Assembly: GCA_000165425.1 (NCBI GenBank)
Contig: CT868041.1
Span: 186,001-250,000, forward strand
From: Paramecium tetraurelia
Lineage: Eukaryota
Direction: 5' to 3'
DNA length: 64,000 nucleotides
Position numbers and translations under genes: made by a program. The notes below the pieces were generated by a model. It had not been told where the DNA came from and made no database searches. It saw only the letters and a list, made by a program, of their open reading frames with translations. Below, in pieces: positions 1-13,131 of this stretch. The first letter of the stretch is position 1. Each line of letters begins with the position of its first letter.

Positions 1-771
1 TAAATAGCAATCAAATATTTAATAGCCATTTGTTTATGATTGGGAACGCTTGTCTGAATTTACAAAATAAAAAAAACATTAAACAATTCATGTAATGGAA
101 GTAAGACTGATTTATTATTTAGAATTAAACAAAAAATTAAGCTATCCAAATTGTAGTTAATCTAAACAAATAAAATTAAATGGCCAAATAAGACTTATTT
201 TTAAACCAATAAATAACAAATTCATAACAAAATCCAGTCTAAATCGAATAAAATAAAAATGAAAAAAAAATAGAATAACAATAAGATTTGACAACTCCTA
301 GCAATTAATTAACAAGTCATCCTTTCGCTATAAATGTTATCGAAAACTAAAAAGATTATTTATAACCTATAAAATTAGATGAAAGTAGAATTACAAGAAT
401 TTAAAATCATTCTACAACACTCTTATAAAATCCTCAATTCAATTCATCTTTCTAGTTTGATTCATTTCTTTAACCTTCTATAGCAACATCTAGAATGAAT
501 AACTACCTTGAAAGCGAAAGCGTTAATAGTGAAGGCAATGTTCTACCTATTTGGGATATAAATGAATCATAGCAAGAAGTTAAGAGAACTGGAATTTTGG
601 AAGGAATCAGAAAGCCTAGTTAAGTTATTCTGAGAAGAGAGAGGAAGATTCATTCATGTATGAATTTAATTGAATTTAGAAATTGATACTCTAAAATAAA
701 TGTAAGATCTATTCGTTCATCCTAAATAAATAGATGGAGACAATGAAACAAGTGTAGAAGGATTAGAATGA
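1..771 (+). CDS. 3' end of a protein-coding gene (5' truncated by the window); possibly a casein kinase 1-like tail
   Basis: Open in the ciliate code across two 22-nt GT..AG introns (second at 658-679), ending TGA at 769-771. Starts ...QQPFVYDWERL, resembling the FxYDW motif that closes CK1 kinase domains. Confidence 0.55.
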
Positions 772-852
772 AACGAGACTCATTTATTATGTAATATAAT
801 GTACTAAACCTTTACCAATAATTCTAAATAATAATTAATTATAAATATAAAA

Positions 853-3800
853 TCAAGTTTTATTATAAAGAGTATTGCTAAAAAGAGGACCTAGTTTATT
901 AAGTTCTTTTTGAAACAAGTTTCTTTCCTCCTTTTTTCCTTTTTTCTTTTTGTTATACTTTAATTTCTCATAAAAGAAGGTAACTTCATTCTCAGTTGCT
1001 AAGTACAAAGCCTTTATATCTTGTAAGATAGTTTAAACAAATGAACTAGCCTGACTGATTACTTCATTTGTGATTGGTGATACTATGGTAATCTAAAGTT
1101 AATTGTCATCTTCATTTAAATCAAAAAATGGACTAGATTTAAAATAGTTGATTACTCTTAATTGAATCCTTTGTAATTAATCCCTGTCTTTTGGGTGTCG
1201 AATTCCATCCCATAAAATTGTAGGAATTTATAAGTAGTATATCCAATAGAGGAGGCTTAATTTTATTGATAGCAACTCTCTAAGAATGCTAAAACCATTT
1301 GAATAATGCAGAAAGAAGAGATCCCTCCTTTGTATTAATCATTTAATCCTCTCTTCTTCAATAAGCTCTTGAATAACAGAACTATTGGTCTTAATTCGTT
1401 ATAAAAGGATAGCCATTAGAGAGTCAATTCTGTTGAAATTTACCCTAGATGCCAATTTTATTTAGCTCCTTAATATTAGAAGAAGCTGACATCCACACTG
1501 AATAGATGGGATGGAATTTCTTCATCAGAACTAGATAATCTATTAAAATCAATACTTAGGAATCAAATCAATGTAGGGTAATACAAGGACATGAGATGAG
1601 TCTACAAAGGAGATGGTAGGATCAACCTGAAGTTTAATCAGTGGCATATTTGAAGTTGTAATTGCTCTAGAAAGTGTGAAATTAAGTTATACCTAATATT
1701 TTTGACCCATTTCATTTTTTAAAGAAAATCAATTATTTTTTAGATTGGTCCATTTAATTGAGTGGATGGAAATAATTCAAACCCTGTAATTCCAATATCA
1801 ATATCGCTTTCTGGAAGGGCTAAACCAGTTGCACATGATCCAAATAGACGAACATTAGAATTAAATTCTATTAATAGTATAATAAATAATTCTACCTCTA
1901 AACAGTTAATTGATGACAAAGGAAATTCTGTCATAGATTACTCTCCTCATTTATAGAATTTCCTGATTCTTTGTTAAGTTTAAGTCATTAAATTCCCTCA
2001 TATCCATATCTAGTTTCTTAATCATTAAAGTTCTGGCTTAATTCATAATAATAGTATCAATTTCATCAGGATTGTTAGCTTTATAAAATTCTAGATTATT
2101 TTAAGAATAATTCATATTTAAATTATTGTTATCCAATAATAATTCCTCTTAACAAAGACTCAACTCTTATATTTGAATTACATGTTTCAATGGTTTAATT
2201 ATCGAGTTTTCATCTACTGTAATTTAGATAGGATTCTAAGAAACCTTATTTTATTTTGTAATTTCTGCATTTTCTGATTATGGAGATATAGCCTCCTTCT
2301 TTTCAGGAGTAAGAGTTTATTAAGAGAGTGTTTCTTAACTACTATTTTTTAGACTATTTCTATTAGAAAAATTCTCTTTATCTTTATCTTCAATATCCTT
2401 TTGCTAGTAATTAAATTGATTTATAATTTAAGGTTTAGGTTTTTAAGTGGGAGTGATTTAAGTGGGTTGATTAGATTTAGTGTTTGGATTAGCCTTTTTT
2501 AAATGGAGATCCTGAGAACTGGCAAATTTTCTTTAGGTCTTCTTTCGTTGTCTTTTTGGTGCTGTGATAACAACCCAATTATCTTCATCATCATTTTAAC
2601 CACTTAATTCATTTTCATTTCGATCTATCTCTTGAATCAACTCTGTTATCTTAGTTGGCTCTAAAATATTGGTATCTTTTTTATGAAGATCAGCAGTTAT
2701 AAAATCAATTTGCTTATGATCAGAGCAAGGACTTAAAGTTAAAATATATGATACTTTGAATGTCTATTGCATTCACATTCAGTACAATGTACATCATCTT
2801 AAGTTGTATCTTATTTATCATTCATTTCAACACTATTACATTTATCTTGATTTGAGATCAGATTTTTTTAAGAATCATTTTCATTTTTGCTTTTTTATTT
2901 CTTCTACTTTTTAGATTTCTTTTTTTGATCTTGAGTCTTCTTTTTTTCTTTGCCTTCTATTTCTTAAAGATCTTTGACTAGTTTTTCTTTAAATTAATCT
3001 CTAATCATTCTCAAAATTCTCTTTTCACAATAAGATGAAAGCAAACTAAATCTTTCCAAAGGTTAACAATAGATATTATCAAAATTGTTATTTTCAAATA
3101 GTTAGTTGATTTCCTTCTCATTTATTTCTAATGATGCGATGATGTTATTGATATCATATCCACCCTATCCATCGTTTGTTTACATAGGCTTTTTCATCAA
3201 CAATTATGCCCATAAAATATCTTCCTACTTAGTATTTTTCTTTTTTGGAGCATTCTTAAATTCCTTGCATATTTAAGGAATTTAATTTAGTATTTTTAAT
3301 TTAAAATCAGCATTTTACATCCAATATTTTTTAAGATCCTCATTTTAGATTGAATTGTTGTCAGTTAAATTTCCTTATTAACTTTGATAATATCTAAGAA
3401 GTCATATATCAAATTGTACATTAACGCTATAGCTTTTTCAAACTCATTTATAACCCAACCAGCGCATGTCTAATACGTTTTAGGATTGAACCAGATGGCA
3501 TCATTCACAATATATTATTTTGCAATTGAGTTTAGAGTGACCTTTGGTTAAGAAGAAAATGCTAATCCATTGGAACATTCAATTAACAAGTTTATGATAT
3601 CCTCTAAGGAACCTTGAAGACAAAATTTATCGAATATATCATCTTAATCAATGATACAAATTTTGGAAAGTAATTTCTAATCGATTTTATAATCAATTGA
3701 ATACCTATTCTAAATGCAATTTCTCTTCCTCATGTGAACGCCTTTTACGAACCAAGCACACAACTTTTATATCTTCGTTTATTGAAGGGAATCTTATCTT

Positions 3801-4146
3801 AGTATAGCTTTATACTTTGGGTTTTCATCTTTTAAAGCGTAGCTAGACCTTTCAACAAGCAAATCATGGAGATACATACGCATAATAAAGGTAGTTATCT
3901 TTTTCGAATTGACAGCAATCTCATTTATATTTTATTTCTTAACCCTAAAAATTACCACAATTAATAAAATATATATATATCGTAAGAACAAAAAGCAACA
4001 CTTAGAGCATGCTGCTTCAAGAAGTGATTTAAATCAAATCAATACCATTGAATAAGGTCATTTTTGTAAGTATTCTCAAATGATTCAATTGTTTCACAAG
4101 CATGATTGTTGTATTTTGTCAAATATTTAGGAATGTTATAAAGCAT
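853..4146 (-). CDS. Large non-canonical poly(A) polymerase / terminal nucleotidyltransferase (Trf4/Cid1-like) with long N-terminal extension
   Basis: Pol-beta NTase signature VRLFGSCATGLALPESDIDIGI near 1790-1855; open frame continues to TGA at 853-855. Start ATG at 4146 requires a 101-nt first intron (3945-4045), so the 5' model is less certain. Confidence 0.8.
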
Positions 4147-4582
4147 GTATATTTGTAAATTTTATAATTTATTAATAATTGTACTCTTTAAATTTAAATA
4201 AAAAAGGCATGCCTCATTTTAACAGAGCTTATTTACTGCAATATTAAAAAATAACTGGATAGTATTTAAAAAATTATTGCTAATGAATTTAAATAAAATT
4301 ATTTCTGTTTTATTTAAGTTCATCATCTTATTTTCCAATTAAATTACAGATCTTCATCACATTCTCTAATTAAATTATCCATATTAAACTAAATCCACCT
4401 TTTTAAATTCAGTTTCATATATAATCCATAAATTCCTTGATATTTAAATGCAAACACCACCACCCCACATATACCATATTGTTATTTGTAAGAAACAATT
4501 ACAAGATTTTAAAACTAGAATGAAGAAGAAAAGAATAAATAAATTTTATTATATAATAATTTAACTATAAATAAATTCATTA

Positions 4583-6811
4583 ATGTCAACTCATGTTAAA
4601 AAAGATTAAAAGAAAGCTTCAAATCAGTTCTTAGATTTCGATTAATTGGCTCATAAGAAGTATCACTTTGATTAAAAGAAGGCGAATGAATAATCTATTA
4701 AACAAGAGTAGTATATACTTGATCTAAAAAAAGCGTAGTTTATATTAATAATTAGTTATGATCAATAAAAATTAGAGATTGAACCTTTATTTTAGAAAGT
4801 GGAATTGCTATAGATCGAAAGAAAATAATTGATGGATGAAATCGAATAATATAAAATTAGTTAAATGGAAATTCTCAAGAAATATGAATCTGAATACTAA
4901 GAAAAGGATAAATTGAACAAGGAGTGTGCAAAGCTCAAATAATAAATTTAAGCATAAGAGAAGATGTAAATGCCAAAAGAGTTCTAAGAGAAATAATGTA
5001 ATCAATTAAAAGAAACCCTATTTGTTACAATTAAGGATATTATGCATGATTTCTTGGACAACTACAATCATATGATGGGATGTGTTGATGAGAGTGGAAG
5101 TATGATTATATTTTAGATATTTTAAGTTTCTGGCAATTTGTTAGATGAGTTACTTTAATAAATTGATGATTCAATCATAATGTTTGTAAATTGTATTGCT
5201 ACTCAATAAACTAAATAATTTGATTCAGAGGAGATTCAACATTTGAAAGATCAAATTGAAAAAACTCTTTAAACGGTATCGAATTTATCGGCTGAGAACT
5301 AAGATTTAAGTACAGCCTTAGATATTGAAAAATAACACAAAGAAAAAATAATCAATTAAAGAAACTCCCAATAATAATTGATCAATCAATTGCAAAATTA
5401 AATTGAAACAATCAATAATGAAAAGAAAGTTCTCGAACAAGAAATGTAGGAAGTTTAAATGAAAAATCTAGAGTTTCAACATGATATAAGTAGAGTAAAT
5501 GAATTCAAAGATGAAGAGAATGAAAAATTAAAAAGTGAATTTATTGATTCTATTAATGAACTTTAGAAATAAATTTCTAAATTACAATTCGAAAACACGA
5601 AGTTGACTTCATTAATTGAAACTAATACTAAACAATAAAATAAAGATACAGAATTGTTGAGTGAGAAAGTTAGAGAATTAGAAAGCAAATTAAATTAAGA
5701 AACTATAAAATTTGAATAGAAATCTAGAGAAGTAATTAAAAAATATTATAATAAATTAGATGGTTAGAATTGAAAAAGAATAGAATTAATATAAGGTTGA
5801 AGCAACAAAACTATTTGAAGAAAATAATTATTACTAATCTTAACTGGAATTGATTAAAGATAAAAGAAAATAAGATAAAGAAGTTTTAGAAAAGTAAAAA
5901 GAAAAATGCAAGAAACTCGAATTGTAAATGTAACAATCAGAGATAGATTTGTAAACAAAGATTGTTTAACTGGAAGAATAAATAAAACAACTTACTTAAT
6001 TGCAAGACAAAGATAATAATTATATACAATAAATGACCTTACAAACTGATGCTTTAATGGAAAAAGAGATCTAATTAACTAAATTAGATTAATAAGTTTC
6101 TGAGTAATTATTATATCAATTATTTAGATCAACTTAGAAAATATATGAATAGAAGCAATAGATTGTTGAAATGAAGATTTAAATTAATTCATTAGAATAA
6201 GAGTTATAATAATAAATATCGACGAATTAATAACATTAAGAGAGAAGGGCAAATGCTTTTAGTGAGATAAATCGATTAGAATAACAAAATTAAATTTAAA
6301 AACAAGTAATAATTTACAACATAATTAATAGCGTATTAATGATTAAGAATAAACAATTAAATAGCTACAATCTGAAGTACAAGAATTATTGAAATAAGTA
6401 AATGGAAATTCTCAGTAAACTAACACACCAAGTCATAATAAAAGTGCAAGCAAGACTTCTATGTTTGATGTCAATAATTTAGATTCATCAAGATTATCTG
6501 ATGCTGACAGTTCAATCTCGAAGACTGCAAAAGCTGCTTCTATAATTTTAAATGGCTTGAATTATTTTAAACTTAGACCTTAAGGTATTATTCAGTAGGC
6601 AGATGATCCTGAAAGAAAACTTGCTGAATAGGCATTATAAAATTAAGCAAAAGAGCTGAAGTCAAACTTAGAATAATTATACAAAAGTTACTTATCTACT
6701 GTATTCCAAAATCAAGTTGATGATGAGAAATTTTTGAAGTTTGAGAGACAAATCAATGAATGTGTTAAAAAGACATAAGATTTGAATGACAATATTGAGG
6801 ATTTTTTTTGA
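4583..6811 (+). CDS. Long coiled-coil protein of unknown function
   Basis: ATG 4583, E/K/Q-rich heptad-like sequence in the ciliate code, short GT..AG introns, ends ...NIEDFF-TGA. Confidence 0.7.
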
Positions 6812-7301
6812 TTTTATGATTAATTCATGTAGATTAATACTTTAAATGATTCTCATCATCCAGATTCGGATAAATTACGTGATATATTTTTAATTTGGAA
6901 ATTCATAAAGGTAATGGAAATCTTCATATTTTTTTGATTCTATTTTGAAACCTATCAGATTTTATCATATTTAAATCTGAAAGATGGAATGGCAAGATTG
7001 ACATAAAAATAATGATTATTAGGTATAAAATAGAATAATCTTTTTTTAGGAACAAAATAATAATTCTTTTTTATCTCATTTATTTAGCAATTTAAGGTTT
7101 GTAAAAAATAGTTGCTTAATTTGAAATTTTCTTGAATTAGTTAAGTTAATCTGATATAAATAGGAATTAATTTAATGAAATAAAATTATGGTGTTAGATG
7201 AGTTGCTTTCTAGAATAAAAATATGTGATAATGATAACAATTAATTAAAAAAATACACATACGTGTATTAGAATAATATTAAAATCTTTAATTTTAATAA
7301 G

Positions 7302-7886
7302 ATGAGTTGCTGTTCATTGATTGGAAGAGTCTTGTTGGTCATCATTTTCATTGGTGCTGGAGTTGATAAATTCTTGTAACCACACGGTTCTGTTGGATTG
7401 TTGAATGCCAGATACCCAGCCTTCTATAAGACTTTGGAAACAAGTGCAAAATAATTCAATGTTCCCCTTCCAGTTTAAATTGTAAGATGTAGCCTTAATA
7501 TTTTTAGTCACCAACCTAAATCAAGTAAATATCATAAGAAATTGTGTATGGAGTTGGAGGTGCTGAAATAATATTGGCTCTTTTTGTAATTTTGAACTAA
7601 AGATGGGCTGGAAAATTGTTGTCTTTTTTGACTTTATCATTTGTTGCTGTAATTCACAACCCATTCATTCACGGAACAACATAAGAGTAATTTTAATAAA
7701 GATATATAAACTAGTGAAAAATTAACAGAATCCATTCAAGGATTATGGACATTAGGCATTGCTGGTGCTTTATTGATCATCGGTGCTTCATCAGCCCAAA
7801 CTTGCGCTGCCACATCATAAACAAAAGCAGAAAAACCAAAATAAACAGCACCAGCCGCCCCCACTAAGAAAGCCAAGAGAAATTGA
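7302..7886 (+). CDS. Small multi-pass membrane protein, HR-lesion/DoxX/SURF4-like, with C-terminal di-lysine ER-retrieval signal
   Basis: MSCCSLIGRVLLVIIFIGAGVDKF...; several hydrophobic segments; two introns; ends KKAKRN-TGA (KxKxx). Confidence 0.7.
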
Positions 7887-7964
7887 GAAATTTAAATAAT
7901 ATATATGATAATAAGAGCATTTCGAATATTTTTTTAAAGTCATTTTCCAAAAATTAAATATTCA

Positions 7965-9425
7965 ATGGGATTAGATATCAATTTATTAAGAGAAGACAAA
8001 GGTGGAAACCCTAATTTAGTGAAAGAGTGGTGCTAAAAGAGATTTTAGGACCCAGCCATCGTGGATAAGGTTGTCGCTCTAGATTAAGAGTGGAGAAAAG
8101 GTACTAAAGAGTGTTTAAGCTTTCTTAGCCAGATTTAATCTTGATCAACTGAACAAAGAGTATGGTATTGCCAACAAGAAGATTGCTGAAAAGAAGAAGG
8201 CCAATAAACAAGACCCATGTGTTGAGGAAGTCGAATAAGCCAAAGCTATAGATCTTAAAATCAAAGAGGCTCAAAAAGTAAGACATTTAATCATATTAAT
8301 AGGTTGAATAAGAGTAAGAAAATATCTTAACCAAAACCCTCAACAAAATCGGAAACTTAGTACATGAATCAGTGCCTGTTTCCAAGGACGAAGCTGAAAA
8401 CAGAATTGAAGTAACATGGGGCCAAATTCCCAACATTCAAGTCAATAGTACTCCAGGCAGATGTCACCATCATGAGATCTTGTTTATGATTGATGGTGTT
8501 GACCTTAAGAGAGGCTCCAAAATAGCAGGCCATAGAGCCTATTTCCTTAAGGGACCAGGACTCCTATTAAATCAAGCTCTTGTGAGCTATGGAATTCAAT
8601 TCCTCAACTAAAGAGGTTACACTCCTGTCCAAACACCATACTTCATGAAGAAAACATGTATGGCAGAAACAGCTCAATTGTCTGATTTCGATGATCAATT
8701 GTACAAGGTATGAATAACAGTATTATTGTATAGGTTACTGGAAATCAAGATGATGAGGATCTCTATCTTATTGCCACATCAGAATAACCAATTTCTGCTA
8801 TGTATAGAAAAGAATGGTTAGAGGCTAAAGATTTACCAATAAAATACGGCGGTAGTTCAACTTGTTTCAGAAAGGAAGCTGGTGCTCATGGCAAAGATGT
8901 TTGGGGAATATTCAGAGTTCATTAATTTGAAAAGATTGAACAATTTGTTATTTGTCCTCCAGAAGAATCATGGAAATTCCATGAAGAAATGATTACTGCT
9001 GGATAAGACTTTGTGAAATCTTTAGAATTACCTTACAGAGTAGTCAATATTGTTTCTGGAGCATTGAATGATGCTGCAGCCAAGAAATACGATTTGGAAG
9101 CTTGGTTCCCAGGATATAAGGATTATAGAGAATTGTAATCTTGTTCAAACTGTCTTGACTATTAATCAAGGGCTCTTGAAATTCGTTATGGTGCTAAAAA
9201 GGCTGATGAGAAGGAGAAGAAGTATGTCCATATGCTTAATGCAACATTGTGTGCAACAGAAAGAACTTTATGTTGTATTTTGGAGAATTATTAAACAGAA
9301 ACTGGAGTTAAAGTTCCAGCTGTTTTGGTAACTGATTTAAATTACAATTTTAGTAACCATATGTTGGCAAGGATTTCATTCCCTACGTTAAACCATTGCC
9401 TAAGAAGGAAGATCTAGGTGCATGA
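7965..9425 (+). CDS. SARS: Cytosolic seryl-tRNA synthetase
   Basis: [11 protein letters not shown]-terminus, [76 protein letters not shown]; short introns. Confidence 0.97.
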
Positions 9426-9461
9426 AGAATATTATATACAAAATAATATATTTAATAGATT

Positions 9462-10044
9462 TCAATATTCCATCATTGATCCAATGGTGCGTTATTTTAG
9501 TTATGTAGTTTAGTTTTTTTAATTCTTATTCTTCTATCTGATTTATAATATTGAAATTCTAAAATTCTTTCTTTAAATTTTTTAAATAGGTTATTTTCTA
9601 AATTTATCTTCAATACCTTATCATAAAATATTTGATTCAATTCATATAAACCATTCAAATCTACATACTTTTTTCTATTTATTTATAGATAAATTATATT
9701 CATCATTTTTTAAATCTTAGCATATTTTCTTAATAAATATATCATATTGATTCAAAATTAACTTCAATCTTTTTATAGTTTGTATTATTAACTGATTGTA
9801 ATAAGTTTAAAGCTTAAGTAAAATATTTGAAATTATTGAAATACTATGATGATTATATAAGAGTATTGATATAATTAATATTAAGCAAAAATATATTAAT
9901 AAGATCTTAATACGCCTCTTATTCCCTCTTTTATCTATTAATATAATCAAACAATTCTGAATTATTGGGATTTTAATTAATGCTCTCATGAGATGAATTC
10001 GAAAAGTTGATGCAATACAATTAGGAATTTGTTACATGCACCAT
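9462..10044 (-). CDS. Hypothetical protein
   Basis: ATG at 10044 opens a long ciliate-code frame with intron-like GT..AG segments; no recognisable domain; splice model unresolved. Confidence 0.3.
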
Positions 10045-10099
10045 TCTTTAATTAGTTGTTTAATGGAAAAATTTTTTTATATATTAAATAAATAAATAT

Positions 10100-10782
10100 T
10101 CATTTATTAGTTGAACTTGAACTTTAACCAGAGTTTTCTTGAAAATTTCTACTCTGTTATTTGAGTGTCATATAATCAGCAAGTATCAACTTGAGCCACT
10201 TCCAAGTCTATTTAAGTGAAGGTTGTTCTCGAAATGAATTGTCTGGATGGCAACTAACCACCATATGCAAAAGAGATTCTATAAATTTATGTTCGTGGGA
10301 ATATTTAGATCTTCCTTAATATAATAGTACTTTAAAATTTGCAATTCTTCAGACATATCTTAATTTAATTTATTTGTTGTGATTACTTCTTATTCCAATT
10401 TTAGTATAGTTTTTTTCAATTCGATATTTATCTTCTGTAATTACCCATTGTGCATAATTTCACTATGCAATTTATCAGACATTTGCTACAGTTCCTTATT
10501 TAATTCATCAATGTATTTCTGATTTCTATTCGAATTTTTGAATTGTTCCTCCAACTAATGTTTCAAATCCTTGACTTAATTGAGAAGCAATTATTCGACC
10601 TTCCTTAACTACACGATGATATCGTTTAATTTTTATATCTCCTAATCTAAATTATGTTATTGTTTGGGCAATGATCGACTATATGATTTTTTTTAAACAT
10701 CAGAATTTAAAGATTTCCTTCCTGTTTATGAATCTAAAGACAAATTTGCTTCTGCATCAGTCTCCCTAATGGAATATAACAT
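10100..10782 (-). CDS. Coiled-coil hypothetical protein
   Basis: MLYSIRETDAEANLSL... coiled-coil; one ~20-nt intron restores ...KFIESLLHMVVSCHP...PSLKQTWKWLKLILADY; TGA 10100-10102. Confidence 0.6.
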
Positions 10783-10846
10783 TGAAATTTTAACGAAATT
10801 TAATTATAAATATATTATATTTTAAAGGGAATTATTGGTGTTTATA

Positions 10847-12012
10847 TCATTATCTAAATATGCCTCCCTTTTTTAAGGCATTTTCAGCATCCTTAATGGC
10901 TAATAACTCATTATCGTATTATTAGATCAAGGTATTGTGTGATGCAGTTCTTAAATTCAAAGAATATGATACCTTTCAATCCATCTATTTTGAGTGGCAG
11001 AGAGATTATCTTCAGCATCAGCTAAATTGAGTTTTGCATCATTCAAAATTGCATTGAGTGCTTTGATTTCTCCATCTTTGGTCTCAATTTCTGCTTACAA
11101 CAATGGAATCAACACATCTCTAATTCCAGTGATCTTGGCCTAGATTTCTGATAAAATGTCTTATTGTAATTTAGATTGTGCATCATATTGATTTTGTAAT
11201 GAGGTTTGTCCATCAATCAAAGATTGTCTTAATTGATTCATATAGTTGATGACTTTGTTTAAGTTCTCTTAATCAACATAATTGTTTTGAGCAATTTGTG
11301 TCAATGCCTTAACCAATGGTTAATAAAACACTCTCTTTGAAGATAATTATTTAAGACTAGAAATATAGAATGATGAATCATACTGGTTATGCATCTTTTA
11401 AGAAACATCCTTGATGTTCTCTGCCTTTTACAAGAGTGAAGTTTCGTCTTTGACTTCATTCAACAATGCAATAGCTTAATCTAAAACTGCAATGGTGTCA
11501 GCATATTCGTTGAACTATCTGGTGAAGACTGACTTGTCTGAATTGATTTAGGCCTCTTTGGCATTGAATAATTTGGTTGCATCATATAGATCTTATTTAG
11601 CATCTGCCAAAAGTTATTGTAATCTGCCTCTTTCATCTGTCAAGTCTTTAACGTCGACTTCCAATTAGGCAATCTGAATGTATAGGTTGCCACTATTACC
11701 TTGTTTTTGAAGTCTGTTATTTGATTTTAATAGTATTGAACATCTGCTTGATATTATTGATATTCTTATTCGTAGAATGCGTTTTCTTCGTTCTTTCTTG
11801 CCTTGAAGGATTCAGCCAATTCATCAAGAGCAACGAATAGTTATTGGAAATTGAAATCTTTCGATGCCACTTTTGATAAACCCACAATAACTGATTGGAA
11901 TGCATGTACAGATTCTCCAGTTGCTGACAAAATTCCTTAGCTATATGATCATGAGTCTTATATACTTGGCTAATGTCAAATACAAAAGAGACAATGTGAT
12001 GAACGCTTTCAT
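10847..12012 (-). CDS. Trichocyst matrix protein (TMP) / granule lattice-type secretory precursor
   Basis: Signal peptide MKAFITLSLLYLTLA, ~350 aa of acidic heptad helices in two halves (e.g. YADTIAVLDQAIALL; YQPLVKALTQIAQ...KVINYMNQLRQSL); four short introns. Confidence 0.75.
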
Positions 12013-12071
12013 TTATTTAATTATATATCCGTTTTTATATGCATTGTGATTCACGATAATTTATTATTTAA

Positions 12072-13084
12072 TCACTTTGATTTTTCATTCCTACTAAGCA
12101 TCATCTCTTAATCTACACTCATTATCAAATTAATCTACAATCAAATCACTTCTCTTACTTTCTATAAGTCAGAATAAAACATTCCTATAAAAAATGAATT
12201 CATCAAATATAAGCTATATGACAGTGTAGAGTATATCTCGCTAACCATGTTTGCTATAAAGTCTTCAGACGCGCTTAGACCATCATTCAAACTTGGTTCT
12301 CCTTAAGCCATTGGCATTCCCATAAAAATACTTATAAAATTCACAGAAATAACTAAAATAGATTAAATATCTTGTCAAATACAAGCAGTAAATAAAAAGC
12401 AAATTACTGTAAATAAGGCTGCCTTTATTTGTTAACTCAAAGAAAATGGTTGTAATTGATTTTTTAACTTTGATGGTTAAGAACCCTACTTATAACACAT
12501 GTAATAGCTGATGAATAGGAAGTTCATTATAAACGAAAATGTTAATAAAATTCTGTCTTCAGTGTCTAAGATTATAGGGATGGATTTATAATACATAGGA
12601 AATTGGATTGGTTTTTGTATTCAATAGGGAGCAAAGCAAATGCTAGAAATGCTAGGTGGGATAAAGCTCCACTTAGGAATATCTAAAATGAAAAGATTTT
12701 ATATGGAATCTATTTGGCTGAGTATAGCTTTCTAATGGGTTTTGATTGATTGGCTTAAAATACCAAATAATAGATCATGATTCCCATCAAACTGATTAAC
12801 GCATTTCCAATCTATAAAATATAATTTATTAAATATAATACCGTAAATAATTAATTCTTCTAAAAAGGCAACTCTAAAAACAAAGGGAATGTTTGAGCCC
12901 TTGCGTATTAAAACTGGCTCAAAATAGCTGCAGACAAAACTATTAGCGACATTGATAAATAAATCGGTGGCAACATCTTGATTTGCTATTTCAAATTAGT
13001 TTAGGTTTGAAGTGTTTGATCTTTATCAGTTGCACTAATAAATGATTGTTGTTCATCATCTCTTGAAATCTCATTCAATATCAT
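12072..13084 (-). CDS. Multi-pass membrane protein (about 6 TM; Frag1/DRAM/Sfk1-like architecture)
   Basis: Clean frame with four 24-30 nt introns; repeated hydrophobic segments; ends RNEKSK-TGA. Family call is inferred from topology only. Confidence 0.65.
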
Positions 13085-13131
13085 AGGCACCCTTTAAAAA
13101 CGAATAAAATATATAATAATTATATTAAAAA

